The notes beneath the pieces were generated by a model, which was not told the origin of the DNA, did not search any database, and saw only the letters and a program-made list of their open reading frames with translations. Below, piece by piece: positions 18,357 to 28,490 of a stretch of 64,000 bases of DNA (position 1 is its first letter; each line of letters starts with the position of its first letter). The stretch lies in assembly GCA_049513975.1 (NCBI GenBank), contig JBEKVM010000005.1:6991-70990 (forward strand), given 5' to 3'. The DNA is from Verrucomicrobiota bacterium. Its GTDB lineage: Bacteria; Verrucomicrobiota; Verrucomicrobiia; Limisphaerales; Palsa-1400. A program made the position numbers and the translations under genes.

Positions 18357-19255
18357 ACATGACCCCTCCACCCATTCCCCGGCCCGGGCCGGCCTTCGCC
18401 GATCTCCACCTGCACACCCTTTTTTCCGACGGCACCTTCACCCCCGAAGAATTGGCCGGGCACGGCGCCCGCTGCGGCCTGGCCGCCATGGCCCTGACCG
18501 ATCACGACACCGTGGAAGGCTGCCCGCGCATGGCCCTGGCCTGCCGGCACCTGGGCATCCAATTCATCTCCGGCGCCGAATTGACCGCCGAGCTGGATGG
18601 CTGCGAGTTGCACGTTTTGGGCTACTTCCTCGACGCGGATAATCTGCAATTGCAGACCAACTTGAAGAAATTCCAGACCGTGCGCCAAAACCGCATTCAT
18701 GAAATGGTCGCCCGCCTCAACCGCCTCAAGATTCCCTTGCGCGCCGAAAGCGTTTTTGCCCTGGCCAATTGCCACTCTCCGGGCCGGCCCCACGTCGGAC
18801 GCGCCCTCGTCCAGGAGGGCTTTTGCGGCAGCCTGGACGAAGCCTTCGACCGTTTCCTCAAAAAAAACCGCCCCGCCTACGTCCCCAAATTTAAAATCTC
18901 CGCCCTGGAGGCCATCGCCTTGGTCCACCACGCCGGCGGCCTGGCCTCCATGGCCCATCCCGGACTCAATCGCAGCGACGAAGTCATCCCCGCCCTCGCC
19001 GCTTCGGGCCTGGACGGCATCGAATGTTTCCATTCCAAACACACCGCCGCCATGACCCAATACTACCTGGAAATTGCCGCCCGCCATCATTTGCTCGTCA
19101 CCGGCGGCTCCGATTGCCACGGCTACAGCAAAGGCAAGCCCCTCATCGGCGGCTGCAAGCTGCCGGTCATCTATTACGACCGGCTCATGCAACGCTATCA
19201 GGCCAAAGCCTCCAGCCGGACGCCGCTCCCCGCCCTTGCCGCCAAGACATCCTGA
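18353..19255 (+). CDS. PHP-domain metal-dependent phosphoesterase (TrpH/YciV-like)
   Basis: DLHLHTLFSDG, ALTDHDT, GAEL, GRPHV, AHP, TGGSDCHG. Confidence 0.9.
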   Translation: MNMTPPPIPRPGPAFADLHLHTLFSDGTFTPEELAGHGARCGLAAMALTDHDTVEGCPRMALACRHLGIQFISGAELTAELDGCELHVLGYFLDADNLQLQTNLKKFQTVRQNRIHEMVARLNRLKIPLRAESVFALANCHSPGRPHVGRALVQEGFCGSLDEAFDRFLKKNRPAYVPKFKISALEAIALVHHAGGLASMAHPGLNRSDEVIPALAASGLDGIECFHSKHTAAMTQYYLEIAARHHLLVTGGSDCHGYSKGKPLIGGCKLPVIYYDRLMQRYQAKASSRTPLPALAAKTS

Positions 19256-19286
19256 GAATCCATAAACTTAATCTTAATCCTAGTCT

Positions 19287-19304
19287 CAATCCGCAATCCG
19301 CAAT
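19287..19304. repeat. Short heptamer tandem repeat (CCGCAAT)n
   Basis: CAATCCGCAATCCGCAAT upstream of ftsY; same unit at 28443-28474. Confidence 0.6.
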
Positions 19305-19315
19305 TTAGAAACCGC

Positions 19316-20227
19316 ATGGGATTATTCGCAAAATTCAAGGACGGCCTGCGCAAAACGCACAGCAAACTGGCCCACGAAATCAAGCGCATCATCACCGCCT
19401 CCCCCAGGCTCACCCCCGCCACCCTCGAGGAGTTGGAAGCCGGCTTGATTGCCGCGGACCTCGGCCAGGCCACCGCCACCCAAATCATCAACGCCGTCAA
19501 ACTCGCCTACGAAACCCAGGGCCGCGCCGGGCTGGATGTCCTGGCCATCGCCCGCGCCGAAATCGAAAAGAGCCTTTCCACCGCCCGCGCCCCGCTCCAC
19601 CGCCAGCCCGGCGGCCTCACTGTCGTTTCCATCGTCGGCGTCAACGGCACCGGCAAGACCACCACCGCCGCCAAACTGGCCCATGCCGTGCAGGCCGATG
19701 GCCGCGTCGCCCTGCTCGGCGCCTGCGACACCTTCCGCGCCGCCGCCGTCGAGCAGCTCAAACTTTGGGGCGCGCGCCTGCGCGTCCCCGTCATCGCCGG
19801 CGCTGCCGGCGCCGACCCCGCCTCCGTGGCCCACGACGCCGTGGCCGCCGCGCTGGCCCGCCGCGCCGATTATCTTTTTATTGACACCGCCGGCCGCCTC
19901 CACACCAAGCACAACCTTATGCAGGAACTGCAAAAAGTTCACCGCGTCATGGCCAAACAGCTTCCCGGCGCGCCTCACGAGACGCTCCTGGTGCTCGACG
20001 CCACCACCGGCATGAACGCCCTCAACCAGGCGCGCGCTTTTCACAAGGCCGTTCCCCTCACCGGCCTCATCATCACCAAGCTCGACGGCACCAGCAAAGG
20101 CGGCATGGTGGTGGCCATTCAGAAAGAACTCGGCCTCCCCGTCAAATTCATCGGCCTGGGAGAAAAGCCCGAGGACCTGCAACCCTTCGACCCCCAACAA
20201 TTCGCCCAGGCCCTCTTCGAGGAGTAA
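19316..20227 (+). CDS. ftsY: Signal recognition particle receptor FtsY (short NG-only form)
   Basis: GVNGTGKTTT, DTFRAAAVEQL, DTAGR, TKLDGTSKGG, IGLGEKPEDL. Confidence 0.97.
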   Translation: MGLFAKFKDGLRKTHSKLAHEIKRIITASPRLTPATLEELEAGLIAADLGQATATQIINAVKLAYETQGRAGLDVLAIARAEIEKSLSTARAPLHRQPGGLTVVSIVGVNGTGKTTTAAKLAHAVQADGRVALLGACDTFRAAAVEQLKLWGARLRVPVIAGAAGADPASVAHDAVAAALARRADYLFIDTAGRLHTKHNLMQELQKVHRVMAKQLPGAPHETLLVLDATTGMNALNQARAFHKAVPLTGLIITKLDGTSKGGMVVAIQKELGLPVKFIGLGEKPEDLQPFDPQQFAQALFEE

Positions 20228-20246
20228 TCACCCGGAAAGGAAAGGG

Positions 20247-22004
20247 TTAGCGTCTCAACAGGACTTTGTACTGATAGGCCAACTCCCGGGCCTGGCCGGC
20301 GGCGAGTTTGAATTCCCATTCGATCTCGCTGGAGGAGTTGACCGCCGTGAGGTTTCGCGCCACTTTCGAGGCCTTTCCGTCCGGAGATTCCAGCACTTCG
20401 CCGACCAGGGATTTGCGCACGAGCATGGCGATTTCCTGGTTCTTCCAACTGGTCAACCGCAGTTTGCCGTCCACGGTGACTTCATCGTAATTGTATCCGC
20501 CGAGGTTGACTTGGCGGCGCGCCCTTTCCGTCTGGCTCTGTTCGGCGCGGACGTCGGTGGCGACGGTCAGTTTGAGGGTGCTGCGGCCGCCGGGAGGGGT
20601 GTAGGCCAGCGTATCCTGGGCGACGGGCAAAGGGCCGTTGACGGCAAAGGCCGGGGCGGTGGTCCACGGTTGTGGCCCGGTGTTCTTGATGCGCAGGACA
20701 TGCCAGACCAGATCCTCCGGTTTGGCGGGTTGCCCGGTGCGGTTGGCGTTTTCGTCCACATTCATGGTGTCGCCAACTTCCCACTGGTAGATGTGCTCGT
20801 AGGGAGCGGTGGTGGAAAGGAGGCTGAAGCGGGCGCGATCTCCCTTCTTCAAAGTGACGCCGGCCCTTCGATAAAGGTAAAGGTCCTCGTTCTGTTCACC
20901 GGGCGGGGCCGCCGTGGCGGAATAGCCGGCATCCGGCGCGCCGCCAAAATCGGGGCGAACGGCGTTGTACGTGATGGATTGGGACATGACGTTGGCAAAC
21001 GGCCCGCCACGACCCCGCTCGCCGCCGGACATGAGGGCTTCCACGAAGGCGGCCACGCTTTGCTGGACGGACATGGGCGAAAGGACGTCGGCAAAAAGAA
21101 AATGCGGGTAGCCGACAACGAAGGAGACCTCGGCGTTGTCCAGGTCTTCCTGGTCGTCGGCCAGGACGGCTTCCAGTTCGATGGCGGCGTCGGTGTCGTC
21201 GGCCAAATTGATCCGGTAGCTCGGGCTCCAAACGATGCCTTTTTCCAGACAGGCGACCGTGATCTCAGCATGGGAAGGCTGGCCGCCAACGTGGATTTTG
21301 GTGCGGGCCATTTCCGGCTCAAGCTTGGTGTGCAGGCTGGCATCGCCGGCGATTTCCACGGATTGAATCGAACTGAGATTGAGTGCGAGCAAAACGGATT
21401 GAGCGCCGCCCGCTTTGGTGCCGCGGAGCAGAACGATTTCCGGGCGCGCCGGCTCCGGCCCGGGCCGCCACCCGGACGGATAAGCCGGCTGACCCGATGG
21501 CGCGATTTCATTTTCGTCCGGTTTGTGCGCCGCCGGCGCGGCAAGAAGCACGCCATCGGCAGTCTTGGGATTGGCTCCCGCCAGATAAGTGATGCTGACC
21601 TGTCGCCCGGTGTTCGCGGCCAGCAGTTCGGTCAGGCTGACACTTTCGGCGTCGCTGGCCACCTTTTCCTTGTAGGCAATCACATCGGTCACGGGTCCCG
21701 ACTTGCTGGTCGAGCCAATCCAAAGCGTGCCGAGCGCGGCGGGCGGAAGTTGGTCCATGCGCGCCCAGCCGTCCTTGAGGGGTGTGTCGGCGCTTTTAAA
21801 GACGAAGGCGAGGCCGTTTTTGAAGGCCGCCAGCGATTTGACTTTGGGCGCGACAACCGGGAGCGCCTCCGTTTTGTCATCTGCTTGGGAAAAGTTTGCG
21901 CCCGCCATCATCGCCACGGCCACCAAAAGGAGGCGTTTGCGTCTTATATCGCCATTTCCGCATTTGTGGAGGTGAGGTTTGGATGGCCGGTACAACAGTT
22001 TCAT
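20247..22004 (-). CDS. Exported protein of unknown function, DUF4139-like
   Basis: Signal-like N-terminus; FKNGLAFV; GIVWSPSYRI; YTPPGG; beta-rich C-terminus; start uncertain. Confidence 0.65.
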   Translation of the reverse strand: MKLLYRPSKPHLHKCGNGDIRRKRLLLVAVAMMAGANFSQADDKTEALPVVAPKVKSLAAFKNGLAFVFKSADTPLKDGWARMDQLPPAALGTLWIGSTSKSGPVTDVIAYKEKVASDAESVSLTELLAANTGRQVSITYLAGANPKTADGVLLAAPAAHKPDENEIAPSGQPAYPSGWRPGPEPARPEIVLLRGTKAGGAQSVLLALNLSSIQSVEIAGDASLHTKLEPEMARTKIHVGGQPSHAEITVACLEKGIVWSPSYRINLADDTDAAIELEAVLADDQEDLDNAEVSFVVGYPHFLFADVLSPMSVQQSVAAFVEALMSGGERGRGGPFANVMSQSITYNAVRPDFGGAPDAGYSATAAPPGEQNEDLYLYRRAGVTLKKGDRARFSLLSTTAPYEHIYQWEVGDTMNVDENANRTGQPAKPEDLVWHVLRIKNTGPQPWTTAPAFAVNGPLPVAQDTLAYTPPGGRSTLKLTVATDVRAEQSQTERARRQVNLGGYNYDEVTVDGKLRLTSWKNQEIAMLVRKSLVGEVLESPDGKASKVARNLTAVNSSSEIEWEFKLAAGQARELAYQYKVLLRR

Positions 22005-22216
22005 CAACCGACCTGAATATTTACGAAATGTCGTCGCTGGCCTTTTCATAAAGAGAGATGTCATTTTCGTACCTTTCGTTAGACGGGACATTTGGCAATT
22101 TGCTCCCAGAATCATGTGACGCCTGCCCTTATCGTAAGGGACCCTCGCAGAGGTCCCGGACGGCGCAGCAGGTTCGCCAAGGAACCGGTTCCATCGCGTC
22201 CTCCGATGGCGAAGGT

Positions 22217-25200
22217 TCACCGCGCCTTGGGCGGAAGGAGGACGGTGACACGGCCGGTATATTTGACCAGCGCCGGGCGCTTGGCCAGAAGCTTCTTCTT
22301 GTCGTCGTCGTCTGAGGGTTGCTGATCGGAGGTCTGGGCCTTTTGGACATCGGCTCCTTGGGCGGCAGCGGTTTGGCTGTTGGCGCTGGCGGTCGCGCTG
22401 GTGGCCAGCGCCGTTTGCGCCCCGCCGCCCGAGACGCTTTGCGACAGCGCCACGCCCTCAAATTTGCCGCTGCCCACATTGATGCCCACGCCCGCGATGG
22501 CAACCCCGGAAATGGACTGCCCCGCGCTGAACGACGCGGTGAGACCGCTCAAGAAGGTCCCCGACACATTGGCCGCGGCGCTGATCGTGGAATTGCCCTG
22601 GGCCAGGACGAAGCCGGTCACATTGCCGGCGGCATTCAAATCCACATTGATGCCGATGACCCCCGACCCGCTGGCATTGATGTTGCCAGGATAAATGATG
22701 CTGTTATTCGGGCCTCGCGTGCCCGCGGTCAGCGTGATGGTGGGAACCAGGGAAGCATTCCTGTTCAGCGGATCCTGCGCGATGCCGCCCTGGCTGGCAT
22801 TGATGTCCCCGCGCGGGGTCAGCACGGTGATGTTGCCGACCGCCTCGCTGGCGGGGGAGTTGTAGAAAGTCGAGGTCAGAATCCCGCTGCCGATAAAGTA
22901 TTCCACCCCGGTGCTGGCGGCGTGGGTGACGGGATTGACTTGCACGGTGTTGAAACTGATTTGGCCGGAGCCACCGCTGCCCGCGTCCACATTGCCGTCC
23001 AGCGATTCCACAAAGACGTTGCCGCCGTTGAAGGCGGCAATGCGCGAGCCGTTCACTTCGACATTTCCCTCGGCCACAACATGCACGTCGCTGTGCCCCG
23101 AGGTCCATATCCCGTAAGGAGTATCGGGAGGCGAAAAGGGCAGACTGCCGAGGCCGGCATCAATCGCGCCGCCGGCGAAGATGTTGATGGCCCCGCCGTC
23201 GTAGGAACTGATTTCAGAGGAAAACAGAGTCAAATCGCCCTGCAAGGTGAGGTTGATGTCCGCCCCGCCTCCCAACGCCGCCAAGGCGGGATTCTTAAAA
23301 GCCCCCTCCGAAATAATGCCCGCCGCCACACCCAGATCCAATGAATTGGCTGTGATGTTAAACTGTCCTAGCCCGCCAATCTGGAAGCCCAAAGGCGCGC
23401 TGCTCGGGTCCGCCGAGTTTTGGCTGGCCGCGTAAAGAGCCTGGATCGCCGCCGTCACCGCCGTCCGCGCCGCCGCGGAACTGCCGCCAAAAGTGGCCGG
23501 CTGGGTGACGTAGTTGCCGTTGGCATCCAGCACCAACTGTCCGCTGGCGGTGTAGGTTTTTTCCTGGAGCGTCCCCAACAGCAATTGCTCTGTGGCCTGG
23601 TCCATTCGCCCGTAATACCCGAGCTGCTGCGTGGCCGGGAGGTAGAACAGGCTCAAACTGGGAAAGAGCAACCCCCCGCCGGTCGAAGTCGGCCCGGAAC
23701 CGGGAACCACCGCGTTCTCCAGCAGCGTCAGGTAATCGGAGGCCTGACCCGGAAACAGCGCCGGCGGCAGGCTCAGGCCGCCCCCGCCCACCGTTGCAAA
23801 TGAGTACACGTTCTGGTTGAAAATATTTCCCGCCACTTTGATGAAGGTATTGTCCGTGGCATGCAGGTTCTGGCCGGCAAAGCTGGTGTTGTTCATGTTC
23901 CCGCCGACGGTGATTTGGGTTTCCTTGGGCATGACAATGGTGATGTCGTCCATATTCCCGGCGATGTTCAGCACCACCGGCTGGGGATCGTTCAAGTGGA
24001 CCGGGACGGCGGCGTGCTGGGAGGCAAAATCGGTTGCGCCCGTCCACTGGCTGGCGCTGCTGTCGGACATGGCCAGCTCGAAACCCGCTCCTTCCAGACT
24101 TCCTCCCGCCGTGGTGTTGATGGTTAATTGCCCGTTGGGGGAAGGGAACAAAGTGACATTGTTTCCCAAAGTCACCCCGCCCGCCCCGGCATTGATGGTC
24201 AGGGAGGGCGGGTAAATGGGGGGCACCTCGTCCCCGGTCGAATAACGCGGCAAAGATGTCCCCTCCAGGAACACGGCGTCGCCGGCGTCCAAATCCACGA
24301 AGGAGTTGGGAGCATAATCGAAGAGGTGTCTGAACGGCGCCCGTCCCCCCGATTTTCCGTTTAACGCGCCATTCGGATTCCGCACTTCCTGGAGATAAAT
24401 GCTGCCATTGGGCGCATTCACTTCCCAGCCGCCATCCACCAGGCTCAACGCCAACGGACTGCTGGACGTGCCGACATTGCCTCCGGCGGTGATGGTGCTG
24501 GCCACAGGATTCCCGTTGAGTGTGCTGTCGGCGGCCACAAAATGACCCACGATATTGCCGCCCGCGGTGACGGACACCACGCCCGGCTCCGGCCCGAACG
24601 CCCCGGAGCCGGCATCGGAGACGCTGCTGCTGGTAGCCGTGGGGAGAAAGCTGGTCACATTGCCGCCGGCGGACAGGTTCACGTTGCCTCCCGCCGCGGT
24701 GCTGATCCCTCCCAGGAGAGATGAAACCGCATAAGTGCTCGAAGCGCTGAACAGGTAACCGTTCGGGTTTGAACCCGCATTGATGTTTCCGGCCAGAGCT
24801 TCCACGTCAATATTGCCCCCGTCCATGGTGCGAATGGCGCCCGTGGCAACCGTCACGCTGTTGCCCGCCAAAAGGCTGATCGAGCCGTCCTGGGCCTCGA
24901 GCGTTGCGCTGCCGGCAAGCGTGATGTTTCCGGTGCCCGATTTCACCGTGCCTGCGGCCGCCGTGCCGGGCTGGCCTGGAACCACCGTGTTGGCGACGCT
25001 GAAATCTCGCCCGGCTTCCAATGTGACCGACCAGCCGGTGTCGGCCGTCAGATTGGCCCCCCGGCTGGTTCCGATCAGGATGTTGCCCCCGGCTTCCAGT
25101 GTCAGTTGGCTGCCCGACGTGCTGACGCCGGTGCTGGCGGCCAGGTCCCAGGTCACCCCGTCCGACAGGGTGATGTTTCCCTTGGCCTGAAGATCAATTT

Positions 25201-26458
25201 GCGAAAACCCCGTGAACGCGGAATTCACATTCAGATTAAGCGTGTTGGGTGGACTGCCCGAGGCGACCGTGCCCGATCCGGCGCTGCCCGTGCCGCTGTT
25301 GCCCAGGATGATGTTGACAGGATCAATCATCAGCCCTCCGCCTGGACTGCCCGCATTGGCATGCCCGTCAATCCTCGAGTTGATCGCCGGCATCACCGGC
25401 GCGGAAATTTCCACCACCCCGCCCGCGCCACCCTGCGCCCCGCCGGCCACACTGATGGTGGAAGTGGACGCATCATGGAACTGGTTGCCCGATTGCAGGG
25501 TCACGCTGCCTCCGGGACTGGCGCCTTGCGCCCCGCCGTTGGCCTGGATCACCGACGAAGCGCCCAAGGTCAAATCTTCGCCGGCCACCAGTTCAATGAC
25601 CCCGTTCTGCGCCCGAACCGAGTTGGCTTGAATCATCCCGCCTTGATTCACCACTTGCGCCTGCAACGCGATCGTTCCCGCATCCGCGATCAATTGCCCT
25701 GCATTGTTCACCGAGCCTTGCGGCAGCGTCACCATCGCGCTCAATCCCCGCCCGTCCGGACGGCTTGACACCATCACCTGCTGGCCGGCGTACAAACCGA
25801 TGTTGCCGCCCGGCGCGGAGATCGCGCCGTGGTTTTCGACATCGTGGGCGATGAGAAAAACCGGCCCGGCGGGACCGGCGCTAATCTGGCCGTAATTGAT
25901 AATCGCGGCCGAGGGGGGAGGCGCGTTGAACTGCCACATGCTCCCGCCGGAAATATCGGGCGTGACCGCCGGCGCGGTGGTCATGATCACACCCGCCGCC
26001 CGGATCGCCGCCTGGCCGCCCACATAGAATCCGGCTGGATTTTGCAGGATAACATATCCGTTGGCATTCAGATGCCCGAGTATCTGCGAGGCGCTCGAGC
26101 CGCTGATGTTGTTCCAGACCACCGAAGTGGCGGACGGTTCGACGAAGGTTGTCGTTTCTCCGGCGGCGATGTTAAAGCTGCCCCAGTTGATGACGGCGTT
26201 GCCGGAAGTTTGAACCGTCAGATTGGGACCCTGGCTGCTGACCACGGCGCTTCCCTGCGTGACCGTGGCGCGGACCGGATTGGCCCCGACCCTTAAGGCC
26301 AATACTTGACCCAAAAGCACCGCCATGAGCACAGCCATTACCCGTTGCATGATAGCTCTGTACGGAAAGGCAGGGCGGGCAGTCCCCGGCCCGCCGCGGC
26401 GCGCACGGAGTGTGCGCCCTGCCACCCAGGATCCGGACATGGCACATTTTGATTTCAT
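22217..26458 (-). CDS. Filamentous haemagglutinin-family TpsA exoprotein
   Basis: TPS domain (VINWGSFNI, SQILGHLNANGYVILQNPAG); long G/S/T/N-rich beta-helix repeats; start uncertain (26485/26458/26350). Confidence 0.9.
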   Translation of the reverse strand: MKSKCAMSGSWVAGRTLRARRGGPGTARPAFPYRAIMQRVMAVLMAVLLGQVLALRVGANPVRATVTQGSAVVSSQGPNLTVQTSGNAVINWGSFNIAAGETTTFVEPSATSVVWNNISGSSASQILGHLNANGYVILQNPAGFYVGGQAAIRAAGVIMTTAPAVTPDISGGSMWQFNAPPPSAAIINYGQISAGPAGPVFLIAHDVENHGAISAPGGNIGLYAGQQVMVSSRPDGRGLSAMVTLPQGSVNNAGQLIADAGTIALQAQVVNQGGMIQANSVRAQNGVIELVAGEDLTLGASSVIQANGGAQGASPGGSVTLQSGNQFHDASTSTISVAGGAQGGAGGVVEISAPVMPAINSRIDGHANAGSPGGGLMIDPVNIILGNSGTGSAGSGTVASGSPPNTLNLNVNSAFTGFSQIDLQAKGNITLSDGVTWDLAASTGVSTSGSQLTLEAGGNILIGTSRGANLTADTGWSVTLEAGRDFSVANTVVPGQPGTAAAGTVKSGTGNITLAGSATLEAQDGSISLLAGNSVTVATGAIRTMDGGNIDVEALAGNINAGSNPNGYLFSASSTYAVSSLLGGISTAAGGNVNLSAGGNVTSFLPTATSSSVSDAGSGAFGPEPGVVSVTAGGNIVGHFVAADSTLNGNPVASTITAGGNVGTSSSPLALSLVDGGWEVNAPNGSIYLQEVRNPNGALNGKSGGRAPFRHLFDYAPNSFVDLDAGDAVFLEGTSLPRYSTGDEVPPIYPPSLTINAGAGGVTLGNNVTLFPSPNGQLTINTTAGGSLEGAGFELAMSDSSASQWTGATDFASQHAAVPVHLNDPQPVVLNIAGNMDDITIVMPKETQITVGGNMNNTSFAGQNLHATDNTFIKVAGNIFNQNVYSFATVGGGGLSLPPALFPGQASDYLTLLENAVVPGSGPTSTGGGLLFPSLSLFYLPATQQLGYYGRMDQATEQLLLGTLQEKTYTASGQLVLDANGNYVTQPATFGGSSAAARTAVTAAIQALYAASQNSADPSSAPLGFQIGGLGQFNITANSLDLGVAAGIISEGAFKNPALAALGGGADINLTLQGDLTLFSSEISSYDGGAINIFAGGAIDAGLGSLPFSPPDTPYGIWTSGHSDVHVVAEGNVEVNGSRIAAFNGGNVFVESLDGNVDAGSGGSGQISFNTVQVNPVTHAASTGVEYFIGSGILTSTFYNSPASEAVGNITVLTPRGDINASQGGIAQDPLNRNASLVPTITLTAGTRGPNNSIIYPGNINASGSGVIGINVDLNAAGNVTGFVLAQGNSTISAAANVSGTFLSGLTASFSAGQSISGVAIAGVGINVGSGKFEGVALSQSVSGGGAQTALATSATASANSQTAAAQGADVQKAQTSDQQPSDDDDKKKLLAKRPALVKYTGRVTVLLPPKAR
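26369..26423. repeat. REP-like doublet in the 5' end of tpsA
   Basis: GGCAGGGCGGGCAGTCCCC...GCACGGAGTGTGCGCCCTGCC; related copies near 46970, 48900 and 50889. Confidence 0.65.
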
Positions 26459-26495
26459 AATTTTGCCTTTCAGTTTTTTCATCATGCCCGGCGCG

Positions 26496-28490
26496 TCAAA
26501 ACTGGGCGCTGAGCGCAAAAGAAACGCGGAGCTGGCCCGATTCCGAGTTCGGCGTGTTCAAGATCGGCCAGGCGAATAACAAATGTCCCTCGACAGTCGG
26601 GCCGAGCGAGAAGGCCCCGCCGATGCCCACCCCGCTCAACGGGGTGTTTCCCGGCCGCCCAATCGCATGCAAAAGGTAGGTATCCGCGTAATCAAAGAAG
26701 GCCGAGGCGCGCACCGTCAGCGGATAGCCCGTTCCCGCGCCGACATAGCCGATCCGGTGCGACGGCGTTTTCAATTCGCTGGTGATGCGCCAGCCCATGT
26801 CGCCCAGCACTTCGCCTTCCCGGTACCCTCTCACCCCGTTGATGCCTCCCACCCCAAATTGCTCGTTGCTGATCAACGGTTCGCTGGCCCATTGCCCGTC
26901 CGCCCGCAACGCCAGCTTCCATTCCCCTTGGATCGCCTGCTCCCGCGCCACATTGGCGCCTACAATATGCCAATAGCCGCTGGCCTGCGGCGACTCCGCC
27001 AGGGCCTGCAAGTTGCTCTTGCCGTTGGAATACAACAGATTGGCGCTGTAATTCAGCCCGAAACTCGTGCTCCCATACTTGTCCGGCAATTCCCCGTCCC
27101 AGCGCAATGTGAAAGGCAGATAATCCACGGACCGGGCTGAGGCTGGAACCCGGGAAAACGTCGTGAACGTATTGGTGATCAGAACGCCGTTGATGGACTG
27201 GACTTGGGTGTGAAGAAATTCATTGGTGGAAAAACTCGAAATGTTGTACATTTTGTAATCAAATCCCGCCTGAATATGCGACCGCAGTCCATTAAAGTCA
27301 GGCAGCGGTTTGGAGAGACGAAATCCCGCCGCTTGGTTGATGGTCAGGCTCTGATTATCGGTGACCTGGTTGATCAAATTGCTGCCTGTGCTCACCGCCT
27401 TCGGCGTGGTGGCTGTCACCCCCGAATCAATCGTCGAGCGGCTGGCATAGACATTCAATTCCGTCGTTCCCGTCGGGGGGGGCAGTTCAAACCTTCTCGT
27501 CGCCTCGTTATACCCGAAACTGGAAGGATGGCCCGCCATCTCCTCCGCCACCGATTCCGGCGCCGAGAGCGGCATCCGGTAAAACGCGCTATAATTGGCC
27601 ACCAGCGGCCGGTCATAAAATTCCCATTGGTTTCCGTCCTTGTAAGCTTCCTGGGAAAAGGAGTACTGCACCCCCAGCGCCTGGTCCAACTGCCACAGAT
27701 TGTTATACACCGCCGAACTGTTCAACCTCATTTCCGGCGTGCCGGGTGCGCTTTGATTGTTCGCCTCAATCTTGACATGGAGGGGAAAACGATCCCGCAC
27801 CCCCAGCACCAGCGCGCTCGTGTTCACGTCCGGCCCCTCCTGGATTTCCGGGAATATCTGCCGGTCTTGATTGGCGTTGGCCCGGTCCAGCTCCGGTTGG
27901 AACACTTTGCTGTTCAAATAGATGTTCGTCTTCAAGCTCGGCAGCGCCCGCATCACATTGTTGGAACTGTAGTAACGGTTCCCCTTGACCACGATTTCCA
28001 CCAGGCGCCCTTCAAAGACCTGGATTTTGAAAATATTGTTGGTGATCCGCTGTTGCGGAATGGTCACTTTGATCGTGTCATAACCGCGTGCGTGATACTC
28101 CGCCTGCAACTCCTTGATCCCGCTGGAGACGTCCTCAAATCCGACGTTCGTCCCGGTATGCCGGCCAAAGATGGCCTGAACGGTTTCCTGCGGCAGCAGG
28201 GTGTTGCCCAGCACTTCGTAGCCGTCCACCACAAAGTGGGGCATGGCGTTGGTCGTCGCGCCCGCCGTGGAATTGGTGCCGGCGGCCGGCGGGGTGGCGC
28301 TCTGCGACGCCTGCGGCGGGGCCGCGGCAACAGGCCAAGCCATCCCGAAAACCAGGCTGGCGGCGGCGAGCCGGAAAACCGCCCGGCCTCTTCTCCAGGA
28401 AAACGGGCGCAACCGCCCGCCGACAGGCTTCGCGCATTCTCTCAATCCGCCATCCGCAATCCGCAATCCGCAATTAAAACTCAACCTCAT
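26496..28490 (-). CDS. ShlB/FhaC/HecB-family TpsB outer-membrane transporter
   Basis: POTRA region (GYEVLGNTLL, EYHARGY, IPQQ); VRGY motif; C-terminal Phe; ATG overlaps the araC-like stop (ATGA). Confidence 0.9.
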   Translation of the reverse strand: MRLSFNCGLRIADGGLRECAKPVGGRLRPFSWRRGRAVFRLAAASLVFGMAWPVAAAPPQASQSATPPAAGTNSTAGATTNAMPHFVVDGYEVLGNTLLPQETVQAIFGRHTGTNVGFEDVSSGIKELQAEYHARGYDTIKVTIPQQRITNNIFKIQVFEGRLVEIVVKGNRYYSSNNVMRALPSLKTNIYLNSKVFQPELDRANANQDRQIFPEIQEGPDVNTSALVLGVRDRFPLHVKIEANNQSAPGTPEMRLNSSAVYNNLWQLDQALGVQYSFSQEAYKDGNQWEFYDRPLVANYSAFYRMPLSAPESVAEEMAGHPSSFGYNEATRRFELPPPTGTTELNVYASRSTIDSGVTATTPKAVSTGSNLINQVTDNQSLTINQAAGFRLSKPLPDFNGLRSHIQAGFDYKMYNISSFSTNEFLHTQVQSINGVLITNTFTTFSRVPASARSVDYLPFTLRWDGELPDKYGSTSFGLNYSANLLYSNGKSNLQALAESPQASGYWHIVGANVAREQAIQGEWKLALRADGQWASEPLISNEQFGVGGINGVRGYREGEVLGDMGWRITSELKTPSHRIGYVGAGTGYPLTVRASAFFDYADTYLLHAIGRPGNTPLSGVGIGGAFSLGPTVEGHLLFAWPILNTPNSESGQLRVSFALSAQF

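Noticed and set aside
22020-22216. Possible riboswitch (e.g. c-di-GMP) between tpsA and the DUF4139-like gene
   Set aside because: Small hairpins only; no conserved aptamer signature. An Rfam scan would settle it.
22217-22700. CDI toxin/immunity interpretation of TpsA
   Set aside because: No VENN-like motif, toxin domain or small downstream immunity ORF.
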